From a virus (taxonomy: Duplodnaviria; Caudoviricetes), in IMG/VR virus record IMGVR_UViG_3300025358_000002, positions 42,866-106,865 of that record: 64,000 bases of DNA; one strand, written 5' to 3'. Both the position numbers and the translations under genes were made by a program. How positions within the stretch are numbered: the first letter of the stretch is position 1; every line of letters begins with the position of its first letter. The notes below the pieces were generated by a model that did no database searches, had not been told where the DNA came from, and saw only the letters and a program-made list of their open reading frames with translations. This document shows, one piece after another, positions 39,271 through 48,245 of this stretch.

Positions 39271-40372
39271 AGATGCCATCGATAAACTGATTGCTGATCT
39301 CAACAAGTTTACACCCGAGGGATCCAGCAAACCACTGGTGCTTCGTGGCAACGACATCGAAAGAGTCAATGCCATCCCTTGCTTCACGCCTGCCTTGGCA
39401 TACCTGCTGGGCATTGGTGGTTGGCCTGAGGGTAAGCTCATCGAGTTCTTCGGTAAGGAGCACTCTGGTAAGACTTCATTCGCCATCATGGCACTGAAGG
39501 ACTGCTACGACTACTACAAGGGCGAGAAGATGGTAGCCATCATCGACCTTGAGCACCGCTTCAACCCTGACTGGGCAGAGAAGCTTGGCCTGAAGATCGA
39601 CGAGAACCTCATCGTTGTACAGCCACCAGACGCAGAGACCGGCACTGACATGATGGTTGCTCTCATCAAGAGTAAGCAGATCGGTGCCATTGTCTGGGAC
39701 TCCGTTGGTGCAGCAGCTACCAAGCACAGCATGCAACAGCTTACAGACAAGAACGACAAGATGGGTGGCAACGCTGCAGTGATGAAGCGTAACGTTCAGA
39801 CCGTTGCTCCATTGGCTAACCTATATGGTGTTACTTGCTTCTACTTGAACCAGCTCCGTGCTGACATGGATGGTTACAACCGTCCTATGACCCCAGGCGG
39901 CCACGCAGTGAAGCATGCTATGAGCGTACGCATCTACCTACGCCCAGGAAGTGACAAGTACTTTGACAAGATCAATGGCGAGAACACTCAGGTGGGTAAT
40001 CCTATCGTTGTTAAGACAGTAAAGAATTCCTACGGCCCTCCCTTCCGCGAGGGTTGGACTGACTTCTACAGCCAGCCATGTGCCTACCTGGACCACCCAG
40101 GTATTGACACCCGTAGAGACCTTGCACGTATGGGTATTCTTTTGGGAGTAGCTAACCGTGCAGGAGCTTGGTTCACCTGGCGTGACATCAAGGCACAAGG
40201 CCGTGACGCTTTCTTCGAGCAGATCTGGAACAGCGGAATGGCAGACGAGTTCGAAGCAGAGATTATTTCTGCCATCAAGAAGGGCTCAGGCATTACAGAG
40301 GTTGAAGGCGATGAGTTCTTTGGCCGACCATTAACAGCAGACACAGATGATCTGCACGACCCTGAGGTTTAG
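39260..40372 (+). CDS. recA: RecA-like recombinase
   Basis: GGWPEGKLIEFFGKEHSGKT, IDLEH, WDSV, NQLR, TPGGHAVK, KN. Confidence 0.95.
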   Translation: MATKDAIDKLIADLNKFTPEGSSKPLVLRGNDIERVNAIPCFTPALAYLLGIGGWPEGKLIEFFGKEHSGKTSFAIMALKDCYDYYKGEKMVAIIDLEHRFNPDWAEKLGLKIDENLIVVQPPDAETGTDMMVALIKSKQIGAIVWDSVGAAATKHSMQQLTDKNDKMGGNAAVMKRNVQTVAPLANLYGVTCFYLNQLRADMDGYNRPMTPGGHAVKHAMSVRIYLRPGSDKYFDKINGENTQVGNPIVVKTVKNSYGPPFREGWTDFYSQPCAYLDHPGIDTRRDLARMGILLGVANRAGAWFTWRDIKAQGRDAFFEQIWNSGMADEFEAEIISAIKKGSGITEVEGDEFFGRPLTADTDDLHDPEV

Positions 40373-40374
40373 TT

Positions 40375-40533
40375 ATGCAATATGATCAAAGTTCAATCAA
40401 CCTATTGGTGCGCATTGTTGTTGAATCAATGCAAGAAGTCGGCGTTACTGAGGAACAGATTGAAAAAATGAATGAGATTGTGCCAAGAAAATTTGAAGAA
40501 GCAACTCTTATTATGAAAGCAGGTATGTTGTAA
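40375..40533 (+). CDS. small hypothetical protein (52 aa)
   Basis: Fills gap; TAATG coupled to next gene. Confidence 0.5.
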   Translation: MQYDQSSINLLVRIVVESMQEVGVTEEQIEKMNEIVPRKFEEATLIMKAGML

Positions 40534-40724
40534 TGAATGTTGGAGACTCAGTAGTATCAGTATCTTCAGTTGGCACTATTGTTGGTGTAGCTAAGTCTGG
40601 TAACCCAGTCATTGAATGGTCTGGAACTTACTCAGAATTTGAAGAGGTGGCACCAGAAGATCTTATTGTCGTTGAGCTTCCTAAGCCAACCGAAGAGCTT
40701 GACCCATCAAAGGATGCAGAATGA
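40533..40724 (+). CDS. hypothetical protein
   Basis: 63 aa, coupled. Confidence 0.55.
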   Translation: MNVGDSVVSVSSVGTIVGVAKSGNPVIEWSGTYSEFEEVAPEDLIVVELPKPTEELDPSKDAE

Positions 40725-40853
40725 CTGACCACGAGGAAGAATACGAAGGCGTAACTCTCTACGTTGACGCTGAAGGCTGGCCAGACAACCTAGCCGGTCT
40801 CGTCATCAAAGAGCAGAGAGCCTACATGGAAAACGGAAAGGTTAAGATCATCG

Positions 40854-41060
40854 GTGACCCAATCTGGAAGCTGGGATCTGATGAGTGACTACACACCAAA
40901 AACTTCTACGTGTAAGAACTGCCTTAAAAAGTTTGGCAACACGAGGGAAATTCTTCAGGGTGCTGACGGAACATGGGTACACAAGTTCAACGATGGAATG
41001 CACTACCCAGAAAAGTGTAACCTCTGGGAGAACTGGAAAGCAGAACCAATAGATGAGTGA
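40854..41060 (+). CDS. hypothetical protein
   Basis: CKNC...WVH; start uncertain. Confidence 0.45.
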   Translation: MTQSGSWDLMSDYTPKTSTCKNCLKKFGNTREILQGADGTWVHKFNDGMHYPEKCNLWENWKAEPIDE

Positions 41061-41361
41061 ATTTGACAAGGTAATTGCTGAGATCACAGCACTACACAAC
41101 AAGAAGCAGTCAGACTATGGTAGACCAGAAGAGGGTGACCCCTTCGCTAACGTACGTGCCAGCGAAGACTTCGGTATCCCTGGTTGGCTTGGTGCTGTCA
41201 TTCGTGCCAACGACAAAGTACGACGCATTCAGAAGTTTGCACGTGGTGGCACCATGGTTAACGAGTCTGTAGAGGATTCACTCATGGATGCTGCAGTTTA
41301 TTTTATCATAGCATTATGTCTGTTTAGGGAGAATGATGGTAGAACAACTCCAACTATTTGA
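41053..41361 (+). CDS. DUF1599 / nucleotide-modification-associated domain protein
   Basis: KKQSDYG...DPFAN...IRANDKVRR...ESVEDSLMDAAVY. Confidence 0.75.
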   Translation: MSEFDKVIAEITALHNKKQSDYGRPEEGDPFANVRASEDFGIPGWLGAVIRANDKVRRIQKFARGGTMVNESVEDSLMDAAVYFIIALCLFRENDGRTTPTI

Positions 41362-41584
41362 CCCAACTGATTACGTTGGTGTTGATGGCAACCACTACAT
41401 TGAGATTGATCTTGATGACACAACTGTAAAGTGGTACCAGGAAGAAGCAGCTCGTCGTGGCATCACGTTCGATGAGCTCGTGAACATGGCAATAAAGAAC
41501 GCTCTCGATTTGACTTGTCCCACCTGCAGGGGGTATCGTAGGTACGGAGGCGAGTGTCCTCACTGTGGAGAGTTAGATCATTAA
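41333..41584 (+). CDS. hypothetical protein (RHH-like + Zn ribbon)
   Basis: AARRGITFDELV; CPTC...CPHC. Confidence 0.55.
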   Translation: MMVEQLQLFDPTDYVGVDGNHYIEIDLDDTTVKWYQEEAARRGITFDELVNMAIKNALDLTCPTCRGYRRYGGECPHCGELDH

Positions 41585-42012
41585 TGCAAACGTTCCTTCC
41601 TTACGAGAACTTTAAAAAGAGTGCCCAAGTATTAGACCGTCAGCGTCTTGGCAAGCAGCGTGTAGAAACCTTGCAGGTCATGCATGCAATCACTGACCCT
41701 TCGTACGGCTGGCAGAACCACCCAGCTGTAAAGATGTGGCGTGGTCACGAAATGTACTTGTTCATGTACCAAGAGGACATCTGCAACGAGTGGACCTCAC
41801 GTGGCTACAAGGACACGTGTCTTCAGAAGACGTACGACCTTGTCACCAGCCAGCTATACATTGGTACCGCCAGGCCGTCATGGCTTGGTCTCGAGGATAT
41901 CCACCGCAGTCACCGTAGCAATTTGACGCGCAAGCTCCCAGAGCACTACAATCAGTACTGGGATATCGCTGACGATCTTCCATACGTATGGCCAACGGAG
42001 GAACTGGTATGA
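41584..42012 (+). CDS. pyrimidine-dimer DNA glycosylase-like (MSMEG_6728 family)
   Basis: MQTFLPY...LD.QRLGKQRVE...W.NHPAV.MWRG...SHRSNL.RK...LPYVWP. Confidence 0.85.
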   Translation: MQTFLPYENFKKSAQVLDRQRLGKQRVETLQVMHAITDPSYGWQNHPAVKMWRGHEMYLFMYQEDICNEWTSRGYKDTCLQKTYDLVTSQLYIGTARPSWLGLEDIHRSHRSNLTRKLPEHYNQYWDIADDLPYVWPTEELV

Positions 42013-42386
42013 AACTTTGCTATGACTGCAAGCAACCAATAGAGCACGATGACAACATGAACTATTTTCATTTGCCACCGATGCTGAGGGAGTGCGATAT
42101 TACATACCCACTCCCCATTGAGGAGATCCTTGCTGGTGGTGTTGAGCTGGATGCAGAAGAAGCACGTGCGTTTGAGAACAACTTGAACTTCAGTGCTGAG
42201 CGCATTGATGAACTGCAACATCAAAAGTTTATACAGTTCCGTTCAGAAGAACTGCTGCTCGAAAAGATCTACGAGCGTCTGTGCAGTATTAAGTTAAAAG
42301 ATGGTAGCTGGAACGAATGTCTAGATGCTCTGTGGGACATCATAGAAGAGCACAACGAAAACAACCAGTGGAGATTGCGTAAGTGA
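42009..42386 (+). CDS. hypothetical protein
   Basis: ATGA-coupled start at 42009. Confidence 0.55.
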   Translation: MKLCYDCKQPIEHDDNMNYFHLPPMLRECDITYPLPIEEILAGGVELDAEEARAFENNLNFSAERIDELQHQKFIQFRSEELLLEKIYERLCSIKLKDGSWNECLDALWDIIEEHNENNQWRLRK

Positions 42387-42643
42387 ACAGTCCATATAAC
42401 ATCTGGGCTATAAAGTATGATGGCAAACGTATGCATGTAGAGTATGCTACACGGTTGCCACGTAAGTTAAAAAAACTTGCAAAGACTGTATTTGAAGCAA
42501 CAGGAGATCGGCATGGAGAGATCGTTCTCGTTAGTCCAGGGTTTGGAGAGTTAACAGAAAAATGGGTAAGTTCCAGCAAAGATTTAGCCAGCGTCAAGAG
42601 CGAGAGCTCGAAGAGCAGTGGCCTCTTGCCAAGCGAACAGTAG
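42383..42643 (+). CDS. hypothetical protein
   Basis: GTGA-coupled; overlaps next ORF by about 80 nt. Confidence 0.4.
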   Translation: MNSPYNIWAIKYDGKRMHVEYATRLPRKLKKLAKTVFEATGDRHGEIVLVSPGFGELTEKWVSSSKDLASVKSESSKSSGLLPSEQ

Positions 42644-42984
42644 GCTCCGGCAACAAGTGGGAGAAGGGTGACCTCTCCACACAAGAGCAGCACATGATCG
42701 AGTTCGTCATCGAAGCGAAGTCTACGCAGGCTGCATCGTTTAGCATCACCAAGAAGATCTGGGATACTATCAAGGGACACGCTCAGGACCGCAGCTGGTT
42801 AGCTAGACCCATTCTGGCCATACGTTTATATGGTGCTACCGAACAGGAAACTTCTTGGGGCGGTACTATCTCTCACACCCCTGAAACCTTGCCAGTAGAA
42901 TTAGACCTCATCTGTATGGACAAGGACGACTTCCTTGAGCTATACTATGAATACATCCGTTTAAAGGAAAAAGAAAATGAGTAG
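42562..42984 (+). CDS. PD-(D/E)xK nuclease, Holliday junction resolvase-like
   Basis: QE...GSG...KGD...IEAKST...SFSI. Confidence 0.7.
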   Translation: MGKFQQRFSQRQERELEEQWPLAKRTVGSGNKWEKGDLSTQEQHMIEFVIEAKSTQAASFSITKKIWDTIKGHAQDRSWLARPILAIRLYGATEQETSWGGTISHTPETLPVELDLICMDKDDFLELYYEYIRLKEKENE

Positions 42985-43735
42985 CTTTCTAGAACGTACG
43001 CTGGCTGCGTACCAGAACGACGAGCCTATCACCAAGTACATTGAGGAAGCTCTCATGCTTGGTGACGTGTTTCCTGAGGAGTATCCTGTCAAGGTGTACA
43101 ACAAGGAACGAAAATTTGATAACATGTATCACCCTTCTTCAGACGTAACGGCAGGGGAATTGCGCCTTTATTATAAATTCCACCCTGAAGAAAGGCTGCT
43201 ATGTTTAGAAGAAAGAATAAGTCCTACCCTCGCTATGACGTTCCAGGTTGGATCGGTATTTCATTCGGTTATACAGAATTTGCTGATTCACATGGGCTTC
43301 ACAACTCTGGAAAAGGTCGAAGTGAAGTTCGTAAACGAGGATCGGATGATTGCTGGGGCCGTAGATGTGCTGGAGCTTGTAACGCCTGATGGCGAGAAGT
43401 TTCTCGTAGACATCAAGAGCACCAACCAACTTCCCAAAGAAGCTAGTGAGCAGTATGCCATGCAGCTCAGGGCGTATCAGGACAACTGCCCTGGTGCCCC
43501 TGACCGCATGGCTTTGCTATTTATTCAGAAGGCTTACCCTCACAAGATCAAGACGATCGAAGTACATAAGGACCAAGATGCATTGGACAAACTCTACGAC
43601 AAGTGGTCACGTGTTCGAGTGGCCATCAGAAACTCCGATCCAACTGGACTACAGTCCTGCTGCAACGGTCCTACAGATGAAGCTTTTCTTAGCTGCCCTG
43701 CAAGGAAAGTATGTTACCTTTGGAAGGATAAATAA
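42977..43735 (+). CDS. Cas4/RecB-like exonuclease
   Basis: HPSS, G..FH, E, GAVD, DIKS, QLRAY, C-terminal Cys cluster. Confidence 0.75.
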   Translation: MSSFLERTLAAYQNDEPITKYIEEALMLGDVFPEEYPVKVYNKERKFDNMYHPSSDVTAGELRLYYKFHPEERLLCLEERISPTLAMTFQVGSVFHSVIQNLLIHMGFTTLEKVEVKFVNEDRMIAGAVDVLELVTPDGEKFLVDIKSTNQLPKEASEQYAMQLRAYQDNCPGAPDRMALLFIQKAYPHKIKTIEVHKDQDALDKLYDKWSRVRVAIRNSDPTGLQSCCNGPTDEAFLSCPARKVCYLWKDK

Positions 43736-43941
43736 TGGGGAAGAAGTTGAACAGAGCGACAAAGAACCTCAGGGTTCTGATGATCGAGGCGATGCAGAAG
43801 AGCTACAATAGAGGCAGTGATTACGATCACGGCTACGCTCAGGGTATGTTTGAAGCCATGCGCATCATGGACGACGAACGTATGGGGCGTGGCAAGAGGT
43901 GGCGTTTCCCTGCATTCCTACAAAGAGAGTTAGAACAATGA
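43735..43941 (+). CDS. hypothetical protein
   Basis: 68 aa, coupled. Confidence 0.55.
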   Translation: MGKKLNRATKNLRVLMIEAMQKSYNRGSDYDHGYAQGMFEAMRIMDDERMGRGKRWRFPAFLQRELEQ

Positions 43942-44180
43942 AGGGTTGCGCATGGCCACCAGTATTGCTGATGGTTTCTATCCTCTCAGTTCTTACCGTA
44001 ATTAATGCTGAGTACCCTTGGGAACTGACGTTTGTATTTGTTCCTATCATTTGTCTGATTGCATTCTATAAATGGCTGGATGACCACAACCTCTAGCTTG
44101 AAAGGATGGTTTTAAATGTTAGTTGCAATTCTATCGACGTTGCTTTTTATTGTGTCGATTTCTAATCTTAGGCGGGGTCG

Positions 44181-44423
44181 ATGACCTCCACCGAACGCCA
44201 AGTTTTACGAGAAAAGCACAGTGAGGACGAAAAGAATCAATGTTCTTACTGCCTGTATGAAAAGTCTCCCTGCGACGCAATCAAGGTACTGGATGCGCTC
44301 GATGAGGCAGACCGGCGAGCAGTGGCAAACTACGAACGTGGATACGATGACGGTTATAAGGGGTCTGTTGCCGACGCCGAATGGGATCACTGGGCTGATG
44401 GAGTGGACGATGACCAACCCTAA
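44181..44423 (+). CDS. small Zn-binding protein
   Basis: LREKH...CSYC...PCDAIKVLDA, similar to 33109-33261. Confidence 0.55.
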   Translation: MTSTERQVLREKHSEDEKNQCSYCLYEKSPCDAIKVLDALDEADRRAVANYERGYDDGYKGSVADAEWDHWADGVDDDQP

Positions 44424-44757
44424 CAAGGCCAAGGGTAGCAAGTGGGAGCTTGACGTTGCTAGGTACTTCAATGAGCGTGGTTTCCCAGAAGTAGAACGTC
44501 GTTACGGCGCAGGAGCTACCTTGGACAAGGGTGACATCAATGGTGTCAAGGATACTGTCGTAGAGGCTAAGAACTGGAAGAAGATCGAGCTGTCCACTAT
44601 CATGGATGAGGCCCTGGTCGAACAGAAGAATGCTAAGAAGAAGTTCGGCATCAGTGTCATCAAACGACGCAATCGCAACGTTAAAGATGCCTACGTGGTT
44701 ATGACGCTTGAGCAGTGGATCGATCTGTATAATTCCTATGTCCAGAATAATTCGTAG
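44410..44757 (+). CDS. Holliday junction resolvase (Hjc-like)
   Basis: NKAKGSKWE...DKGDING...VEAKN; start moved to ATG 44410. Confidence 0.8.
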   Translation: MTNPNKAKGSKWELDVARYFNERGFPEVERRYGAGATLDKGDINGVKDTVVEAKNWKKIELSTIMDEALVEQKNAKKKFGISVIKRRNRNVKDAYVVMTLEQWIDLYNSYVQNNS

Positions 44758-44817
44758 TAAACCATGCATTCTCTATTAAACCTATAGAAATTATCATATT
44801 TAAGGAACAGAAAAGAA

Positions 44818-45372
44818 ATGAGTATTAGTAAGGGAATTAACCGTGGTCTCGAGGGTCTGACAGAACCAGAGCTCGGTGTCAGCCATGACGATAAGTTCGG
44901 TGAGCTGCATGAGTTCGCCGTACGAGCATTCACTTGGAAGACCAAGCCAGAGGATCTAGCTATGCTAGATACCATTGAACAGGTAGTGGATAGCTTCATG
45001 AGGGAATATATTGACCCCGCAGAAGTAATTATAGCACGCTTCAATACAGATAAGAGTATAGGAGCTGACGAAGCGGATAGACTATTCCTCAACCTCCAGA
45101 GTGCTATCACGGCAATTGAAGAAGAAGTTACACGCAGATACTTGAAAGCTCAGTATTCTTACTATATGCTAGACGACAAGTACTGGAATGCCTGGCGCAA
45201 ACCTACTGGCGGGACGCAGAAAGACCTTGAAGCTGTCGCCAAGATGGAGACTCGTGAGGACAGACAGTTCTACTTTGTCCAATACGCCGCCTGGAGAATG
45301 ATCAATGACAAGGTGCAGAGTCTTAAGGCTACGCAAAGATACATTCAACAGCAAATATATCGAAGAACCTAG
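44818..45372 (+). CDS. hypothetical helical protein (possible recombination mediator)
   Basis: 184 aa coiled-coil character; function speculative. Confidence 0.55.
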   Translation: MSISKGINRGLEGLTEPELGVSHDDKFGELHEFAVRAFTWKTKPEDLAMLDTIEQVVDSFMREYIDPAEVIIARFNTDKSIGADEADRLFLNLQSAITAIEEEVTRRYLKAQYSYYMLDDKYWNAWRKPTGGTQKDLEAVAKMETREDRQFYFVQYAAWRMINDKVQSLKATQRYIQQQIYRRT

Positions 45373-45375
45373 ACA

Positions 45376-45747
45376 ATGACAGATCAACCATCTCCCAAGC
45401 GGAAGAGCCGAAAGCAAGAAGTAATCCAGGGTAAAATTACCTGGCAAATACTTGAGCGACTTTTAAACCACTACTGGGAATGGTATGAGATCTATTTAAC
45501 TACTGGCAACTCCGATCTGAAGCTCAACAACGGCGTTACTGTAAACATTTACGATATCCTGAAAGGAATAGATCGTCTGCCTCCTCGTCAGAAGCAGGCG
45601 GTCGTTTTGTCATGTCTAGAGAACCGCAAAGAAGTGGAAGTAGCGAAGATAATGGGCTTCACGAAGTGGAGCAGCCAAGTGGGGATGTACAAGCGCAAGG
45701 CCCTGAAGACCCTGTGCGAGACGGTCTGGAAGCAAGAGAACGACTGA
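45376..45747 (+). CDS. sigma-70 region 4-type HTH protein
   Basis: IDRLPPRQKQAVVL...EVEVAKIMGF...V..YKRKALKTL. Confidence 0.75.
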   Translation: MTDQPSPKRKSRKQEVIQGKITWQILERLLNHYWEWYEIYLTTGNSDLKLNNGVTVNIYDILKGIDRLPPRQKQAVVLSCLENRKEVEVAKIMGFTKWSSQVGMYKRKALKTLCETVWKQEND

Positions 45748-46094
45748 GCCCACAGCAAACGTTTGATTTGCTGCTAGAAGAATACAAAGAAAAGCTGCCC
45801 AAGAACTGGGATGAGCTCAACTACAGCCAGCAACTCGAGTGGTTCGCCCACCGTATGCTGCTGGATCAGCGCGAAGCTATCCGTATCGAGCATGGCAATG
45901 AAGCCGCTAGGGACACTGGTTTCCTTAGTGACTACCAGCTTGAACGTAGACGCCGCAGAGAGGTACATTCTAAGCTAGATAGCTGGGATGAAGTGCCACC
46001 CCGACAAGGTATCTTCAGTAGAACCTATGTCGATAAGAACACCCTGTTAACAGGAAGGAATACAGAAGATGGACCGCCGAACCCGGGAGTATAA
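45714..46094 (+). CDS. hypothetical protein
   Basis: ORF 45612-46094; start uncertain, GTG 45714 reduces overlap. Confidence 0.5.
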   Translation: MRDGLEARERLSPQQTFDLLLEEYKEKLPKNWDELNYSQQLEWFAHRMLLDQREAIRIEHGNEAARDTGFLSDYQLERRRRREVHSKLDSWDEVPPRQGIFSRTYVDKNTLLTGRNTEDGPPNPGV

Positions 46095-46788
46095 CGAGCT
46101 CGTCAAGCTCACGCCAACTACAGAGGAGCTGCTGTCAGAAGAAATTGACGGTGAAATGTACCTCTACAAGTCATCGCCAAACTGCAAGATCTGCACCACC
46201 AGCGATGACCTTAAGAACATCATTGATTCACTCTTGCTGTTCCCTAAGTCTTACAAGGAAGTCCTCCAAGCCATTGAGCCTATCCAGGATAAGCTGGGTA
46301 TTGAGGGTAAAGAGCGTATCAACTACGAAAACATTCGCAACCACCAGAAACGCCACCTGCCGTTTGAAAAGCGAATGGTTCGTGAGATAATTGAGAAGCG
46401 TGCTCGGGAAAAGAACCGCAGCATTCTTGACGCCGGTGAACGCTTGCTTACCGCCGAAGCTTTCTACGAAATCATTGTGGCCAAGGGGTTTGAGGGAATT
46501 GCTCTTGGATATGATAAGCCTACGTTGACTCAGACCATGCACGCCATGGATATGCTAAGCAAGCTGGAGAAAGAAGGCAAGGACGATTACCGCCCAGAGG
46601 ACCTGCTCAACCAGCTTGACCTTATCCTTACTGCTATCCGTGAGGTGGTTCCACCAGCCATGCGTGAGGAAATATTCAACAAGATCGAAGAATACCAGGG
46701 CAATAGCATAAAGAAACCAAAGAAAAACAAGCCAGCAATGATCGAGGCCGATGGAGACTACATCGATGAAGATCTTGAAGACCTATAA
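46069..46788 (+). CDS. hypothetical protein, possible terminase small subunit
   Basis: CKIC...IRNHQKRHL N-terminal motif followed by helical oligomerisation-like region. Confidence 0.45.
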   Translation: MDRRTREYNELVKLTPTTEELLSEEIDGEMYLYKSSPNCKICTTSDDLKNIIDSLLLFPKSYKEVLQAIEPIQDKLGIEGKERINYENIRNHQKRHLPFEKRMVREIIEKRAREKNRSILDAGERLLTAEAFYEIIVAKGFEGIALGYDKPTLTQTMHAMDMLSKLEKEGKDDYRPEDLLNQLDLILTAIREVVPPAMREEIFNKIEEYQGNSIKKPKKNKPAMIEADGDYIDEDLEDL

Positions 46789-46854
46789 AAATTGCAGGCT
46801 TTTATGTAAAACATGCAGTAAAACGCTGCAGTTATTGTAAACACAGGGGTATAT

Positions 46855-47352
46855 ATGGGCTGGAATCCTTACAAAATTTGGTATAGAAAAGAGAAGGAAG
46901 AGGTTCTACAACGCCCTATCAACATCATTGCGTATCCTCCACCCGTTTACTACAACCGCGATGTCAGCCACCCCGACCCAGATATCCGTGAAAACGGCAT
47001 GGTTATTATCAGTGACGGTCCAAGCATGATTGAAAGAATGTTCGGTCGAGGCAGACAGCAAAGCGGTGGTGGTGTATCATCTGAGAGTTCAAGAGTAGAA
47101 CACCTTTCTCCCACCGTTCTCGGTACTGAATCGTTTAGAAATTGGTACGATCCATTTAGATGGATGAAAGCAAAAACAACACAGGGACTTATCTGTTCTA
47201 GATGCAAAGAGCCTCTTGAAGCAAAACAGTCTCTTGAAATTTCAGACCCAACCACGCAAAGTGGAATAAGCTTTGTTCACAACAACGAATCTTACGGTGG
47301 TTGTAAGCCGGTTGAGCGATCAGTCTACAGAGCTCCAATTAGAGGACGATGA
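46855..47352 (+). CDS. hypothetical protein
   Basis: 165 aa; CSRC...H...C. Confidence 0.55.
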   Translation: MGWNPYKIWYRKEKEEVLQRPINIIAYPPPVYYNRDVSHPDPDIRENGMVIISDGPSMIERMFGRGRQQSGGGVSSESSRVEHLSPTVLGTESFRNWYDPFRWMKAKTTQGLICSRCKEPLEAKQSLEISDPTTQSGISFVHNNESYGGCKPVERSVYRAPIRGR

Positions 47353-48245
47353 TGGCGAAATCACCTGTTTTTGCTAAGCTAGCACAAGAATACGATGACA
47401 AGATGAGCAACGTAGAGCGTACGTTGATCGCTCTGCACGACGTCGCCGCCGATGCCACAAAGCCTGAAGATAAGAAGCTCGCTGATACAAAACTTACTGC
47501 CGCACTGCAGTCGAAGCGTCTTGATCTTTTCCGTAATTTGCGTAAGAACTGGCAAAGCATTGAACGTCTCGGCACCGGAGCATTCCCTATCATCAGAGCT
47601 CAGGAAAGTCCTGACGGACAGTACACGTTCTATGGCAAAACTCCAGGTGATATGCCAGCATTCACCAGTGAGTTTAATAAGCATCTTCCTACCATTGCTG
47701 CCATTGCTCAGGCACCAACTGTTAGAACTTTGGCAAACGGCAAAAGAGTTCATTCATGCTTAAGCACCACCCAAGAATTGCCTAGCTTGACTTTGTTCCT
47801 CAGGGAAAAGAGAAACCAGGATGATCTCAGAGGGCTTGTACTTCCTAGATTATCAGCGGGTCAAATTGTTCCGTGCACCAACCCATTGTGCCAAGACTGC
47901 TGGGACTGTGAACCCATACAGCAAGAACTTAGAACCAGCATGTCACTCATGAGCCCAACAAGCCCAGACGAAACGAGACAAGGCGGCATCAAGGGTATCA
48001 TCACTACACTTGCTCACTTTGCTGCAGCACAACGCAACAGAGGTATGACAAAAGAGACTCAGGACATGGCTCAATACGGCCAACGTTGTGTCGACAATCA
48101 CGATGGATTAAACACTGCTACTGAAGTAATTGCACACAGACTACGCAACGCATACCAAGATGATTTTATGATTAGCGGCGGTGCAAGCGGTGGTAGGCAC
48201 AGGGATTATATAATCGGCAACGGCAATAATACGGCGGCATATTAA
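47349..48245 (+). CDS. hypothetical protein
   Basis: 298 aa; H.C...C..LCQDCWDC. Confidence 0.7.
   Translation: MMAKSPVFAKLAQEYDDKMSNVERTLIALHDVAADATKPEDKKLADTKLTAALQSKRLDLFRNLRKNWQSIERLGTGAFPIIRAQESPDGQYTFYGKTPGDMPAFTSEFNKHLPTIAAIAQAPTVRTLANGKRVHSCLSTTQELPSLTLFLREKRNQDDLRGLVLPRLSAGQIVPCTNPLCQDCWDCEPIQQELRTSMSLMSPTSPDETRQGGIKGIITTLAHFAAAQRNRGMTKETQDMAQYGQRCVDNHDGLNTATEVIAHRLRNAYQDDFMISGGASGGRHRDYIIGNGNNTAAY

Noticed and set aside
42977-43735. Cas4-like gene as part of a CRISPR system
   Set aside because: No repeat-spacer array or other cas genes seen; stand-alone Cas4-like nucleases are common in phage recombination modules
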